A DNA stretch of 64,000 bases from Deltaproteobacteria bacterium (GTDB taxonomy: Bacteria > Desulfobacterota > Desulfobacteria > Desulfobacterales > C00003060): NCBI GenBank assembly GCA_016930875.1, contig JAFGFW010000170.1, positions 2,027 to 66,026 of the forward strand, read 5' to 3'. A program made the position numbers and the translations under genes. Positions within the stretch are counted from its first letter, which is position 1, and each line of letters begins with the position of its first letter. The notes beneath the pieces are model-generated. The model saw only the letters and a list, made by a program, of their open reading frames with translations, had not been told where the DNA came from and ran no database searches. Shown in pieces: positions 63,419 through 64,000 of the stretch.

Positions 63419-64000
63419 TCATGACTTCTTCAAGCCATAACCAAACTTGTCGACAGACTCTTTAATATTGATCTCATTGATTTGCGCCTGGGCAACCTTG
63501 CTCCAGAATGGGTCCCCGGAGGCCACGATCTGATTCAACACGTCTTGTGCTTTGCTCGTAGCTTTTACCCACTGATAGCATTGTGCAAGCCTGAACTGCA
63601 GGCTCTGGATGTCCTGGCGCTTTGAGCCCAATTCCAGGGCACTCTTGAAGACAGGCACAGCCTTTTCCTTTTGTCCCAGTTTCACATAAGTCTCGCCCAG
63701 TTCTCGGTACGCAAGGAACAGATCCTCTGAGGGACTGCCTTTGTTCAGGCTCAATAGGGCGACGACATCTTTCAGCGACCTTACGCCATTCTCATAATGT
63801 CCCTGAGCGTTTGATGCTTTGGCCATTGCCGTTAGGATCTTGACTCGATCGTCTGTTTCGGAGTTTTTCCCAAGAGCAGCCCTTAAGGACTCCAGGGCTG
63901 GCTCGTATTGTCGACGTTCCAAAAAAATACTGCCTAGCCAATAATAAGCGTTTGAAGCCTCCCTGTGCCCAGGGTATCTTGTGACAAAATCCTTCAGCGA
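63419..64000 (-). CDS. tetratricopeptide-repeat protein (YbgF/CpoB-like C-terminal TPRs), 5' end outside window
   Basis: The frame stays open to the window edge (..SLKDFVTRYPGHREASNAYYWLGSIFLERRQYEPALESL..). The track M at 63922 is a TTG inside the ORF. TPR-like A..Y.LG......Y..A motifs repeat throughout. Confidence 0.7.
   Translation of the reverse strand, partial: SLKDFVTRYPGHREASNAYYWLGSIFLERRQYEPALESLRAALGKNSETDDRVKILTAMAKASNAQGHYENGVRSLKDVVALLSLNKGSPSEDLFLAYRELGETYVKLGQKEKAVPVFKSALELGSKRQDIQSLQFRLAQCYQWVKATSKAQDVLNQIVASGDPFWSKVAQAQINEINIKESVDKFGYGLKKS

Overview
64-kb bacterial window. By gene content it resembles a Desulfobacterota/delta-proteobacterial genome, but this taxon guess is weak inference. 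Positions 1-22 kb are mostly housekeeping genes: hemB (5' fragment), a ClpX-like AAA+ protein, tRNA-Arg(CCG), cca, a KptA/Tpt1-like gene, birA, a radical SAM gene, smc, ftsY, a sigma-54 response regulator, hup, acyP, ligA, and an operon of two glycosyltransferases plus a nucleoside phosphorylase. This part also holds an ~800-bp repeat-filled gene desert and an HNH gene. Positions 21.8-63.2 kb are an almost uninterrupted minus-strand flagellar supercluster. In transcription order it reads: sigma-54 activator, flgBC, fliEFGHIJ, ylxF-like, fliK, flgDE, maf, motA, motB-like, motB, fliLMNOPQR, flhBAFG, fliA, a second fliL-like gene, small unknown genes, a FliK-like plus FlhB-C-only pair, flgFG, flgAHI, flgJ-like, flgN, flgKL, csrA, fliW. 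No flagellin, fliD, fliS or flgM gene is recognisable. I can read four good sigma-54 (-24/-12) promoters in front of flgB, fliK, motA and flgF, and no convincing sigma-28 promoter for a flagellar gene. Four things stand out. (1) A pervasive class of intergenic and intercistronic spacers is built from drifting 7-8-nt periodic degenerate repeats, often with an inverted half; two of them (flgI/flgJ-like and flgC/fliE) are homologous 17-heptad composites. (2) A translationally coupled FliK-like plus stand-alone FlhB C-terminal subdomain pair occurs together with a main FlhB whose autocleavage motif reads NPVR instead of NPTH. (3) A MotB paralogue lacks the channel aspartate. (4) A KptA/Tpt1-like gene with an apparently degenerate catalytic block is coupled to cca, whose 3' end overlaps tRNA-Arg antisense. 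All calls rest on reading the supplied translations and sequence. No database search was possible, so family assignments are motif-level recognitions.
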